Shown piece by piece: positions 63,585 to 64,000 of a DNA stretch of 64,000 nucleotides (the stretch's first letter is position 1; every line of letters starts with the position of its first letter). Location: positions 22,477-86,476 of the forward strand of contig JAZLII010000063.1 of NCBI GenBank assembly GCA_045617275.1, given 5' to 3'. The DNA is from Bacteroidaceae bacterium. Its GTDB lineage: Bacteria > Bacteroidota > Bacteroidia > Bacteroidales > Bacteroidaceae. The position numbers and the translations under genes were made by a program. A model generated the notes under the pieces. It made no database searches, was not told where the DNA came from, and worked only from the letters and a program-made list of their open reading frames with translations.

Positions 63585-63670
63585 ATCATCCATGCTTATA
63601 AACAAATTATAAAATGTAATAAAAAGCGCCGTTCGGTGCCATTTTGCCATGTCTGCATAGCAAAAATGGC

Positions 63671-63704
63671 AAAAAAATCCCGCACCACGATAAGATGGTG
63701 CGGG
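63671..63704 (-). terminator. Rho-independent terminator of the partial minus-strand gene at the window end
   Basis: Minus strand reads CCCGCACCA-N8-TGGTGCGGG followed by T7. Confidence 0.65.
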
Positions 63705-63735
63705 TAATAGGCTATAACAGGGAAGAACAAAAAGC

Positions 63736-64000
63736 TTACTTGAAGTTCAAGTTCCATACGGCATTAACTGCTGCTTGCCCCTTCTGGTATGCATCAGATG
63801 TACATACATATCCCATCAAAACGATACCAAGCGATTGACCAGGCTGGCATTTCGCTACTTCATCAATCACGTATTCATTGATGTCACGCATTCGATCAGA
63901 GATATTGTTGGCAGAGCTAGTGTGGTAGCAAGAGCATGTAATGTGCCAGTTAGAACCGTCATTGTCTGTCTTGCAAGCATTGAAGGCATCTGTCAGCTGA
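63736..64000 (-). CDS. Hypothetical protein, C-terminal 88 codons only (gene continues beyond the window)
   Basis: The minus frame is open from 64000 to TAA at 63736-63738. It ends ...GIVLMGYVCTSDAYQKGQAAVNAVWNLNFK and is followed by a terminator. The function was not recognised. Confidence 0.5.
   Translation of the reverse strand, partial: QLTDAFNACKTDNDGSNWHITCSCYHTSSANNISDRMRDINEYVIDEVAKCQPGQSLGIVLMGYVCTSDAYQKGQAAVNAVWNLNFK

Overview
The window looks like a chromosomal segment of a Prevotella/Segatella-like member of the Bacteroidales. This call rests on many TAnnTTTG -7 promoter boxes, lipoprotein and T9SS C-terminal sorting signals, and GldH/PorT-like genes. I did not run a taxonomic search. 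I call about 47 protein genes, one tRNA-Met(CAT), several hairpin terminators and a rich set of intergenic repeats. I see no transposase, integrase, phage gene, CRISPR array or rRNA.

Gene content, left to right:
- 1-11.9 kb: a co-oriented block. It holds a giant lectin-like/discoidin T9SS cargo protein, an M60-like (HESGH) metallopeptidase T9SS cargo protein, a polytopic membrane/TPR protein, a PD40 lipoprotein with one CxxCH motif, and nagB.
- 12-17 kb, minus strand: Kv-type K+ channel, nagA, glmM, and a Ser-type sulfatase.
- 17.4-21.8 kb: a CotH/lamin-tail T9SS cargo protein.
- 21.9-22.8 kb: meso-DAP dehydrogenase interrupted by an in-frame TAG.
- 23.6-29.4 kb: S1/P1 nuclease, an Oar-like TonB-dependent transporter, and a BACON-(OB-like)x3 lipoprotein.
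- 29.7-36.2 kb: a stand-alone IMP-cyclohydrolase domain of PurH, followed by mreB-mreC-mreD-mrdA-rodA.
- 36.2-43.5 kb, minus strand: gldH-like gene, PSP1, holB, metF, a BspA-like LRR lipoprotein, and a GH51 arabinofuranosidase.
- 43.8-45.9 kb: SPFH protein, bPH-like protein, a membrane protein, and an Arc-like RHH protein.
- 46.4-51.9 kb: galM, a GH2 beta-galactosidase, a His-rich CobW/COG0523 GTPase, and the tRNA.
- 52-64 kb: lptF/G, ribBA, a BI-1 protein, an aspartate aminotransferase, a four-helix-bundle protein, a 54-aa ferredoxin, a PorT-like protein, a split 5'-nucleotidase, rplS, and a T9SS-sorted lipase-like protein.

Most interesting observations:
1. The nuclease/TBDT/OB-repeat lipoprotein operon is a candidate extracellular nucleic-acid capture system.
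2. A 300-bp palindromic array of 11-bp iterons lies upstream of that operon.
3. 7-nt tandem arrays place TGA in all three frames. Each of the six sits at the 3' end of a gene, in sense orientation. Three proteins take their terminal residues and stop codon from an array.
4. A 43-bp near-perfect inverted repeat brackets 257 bp.
5. The ddh gene carries an amber codon.

All functional calls come from reading motifs by eye. No database search was run.
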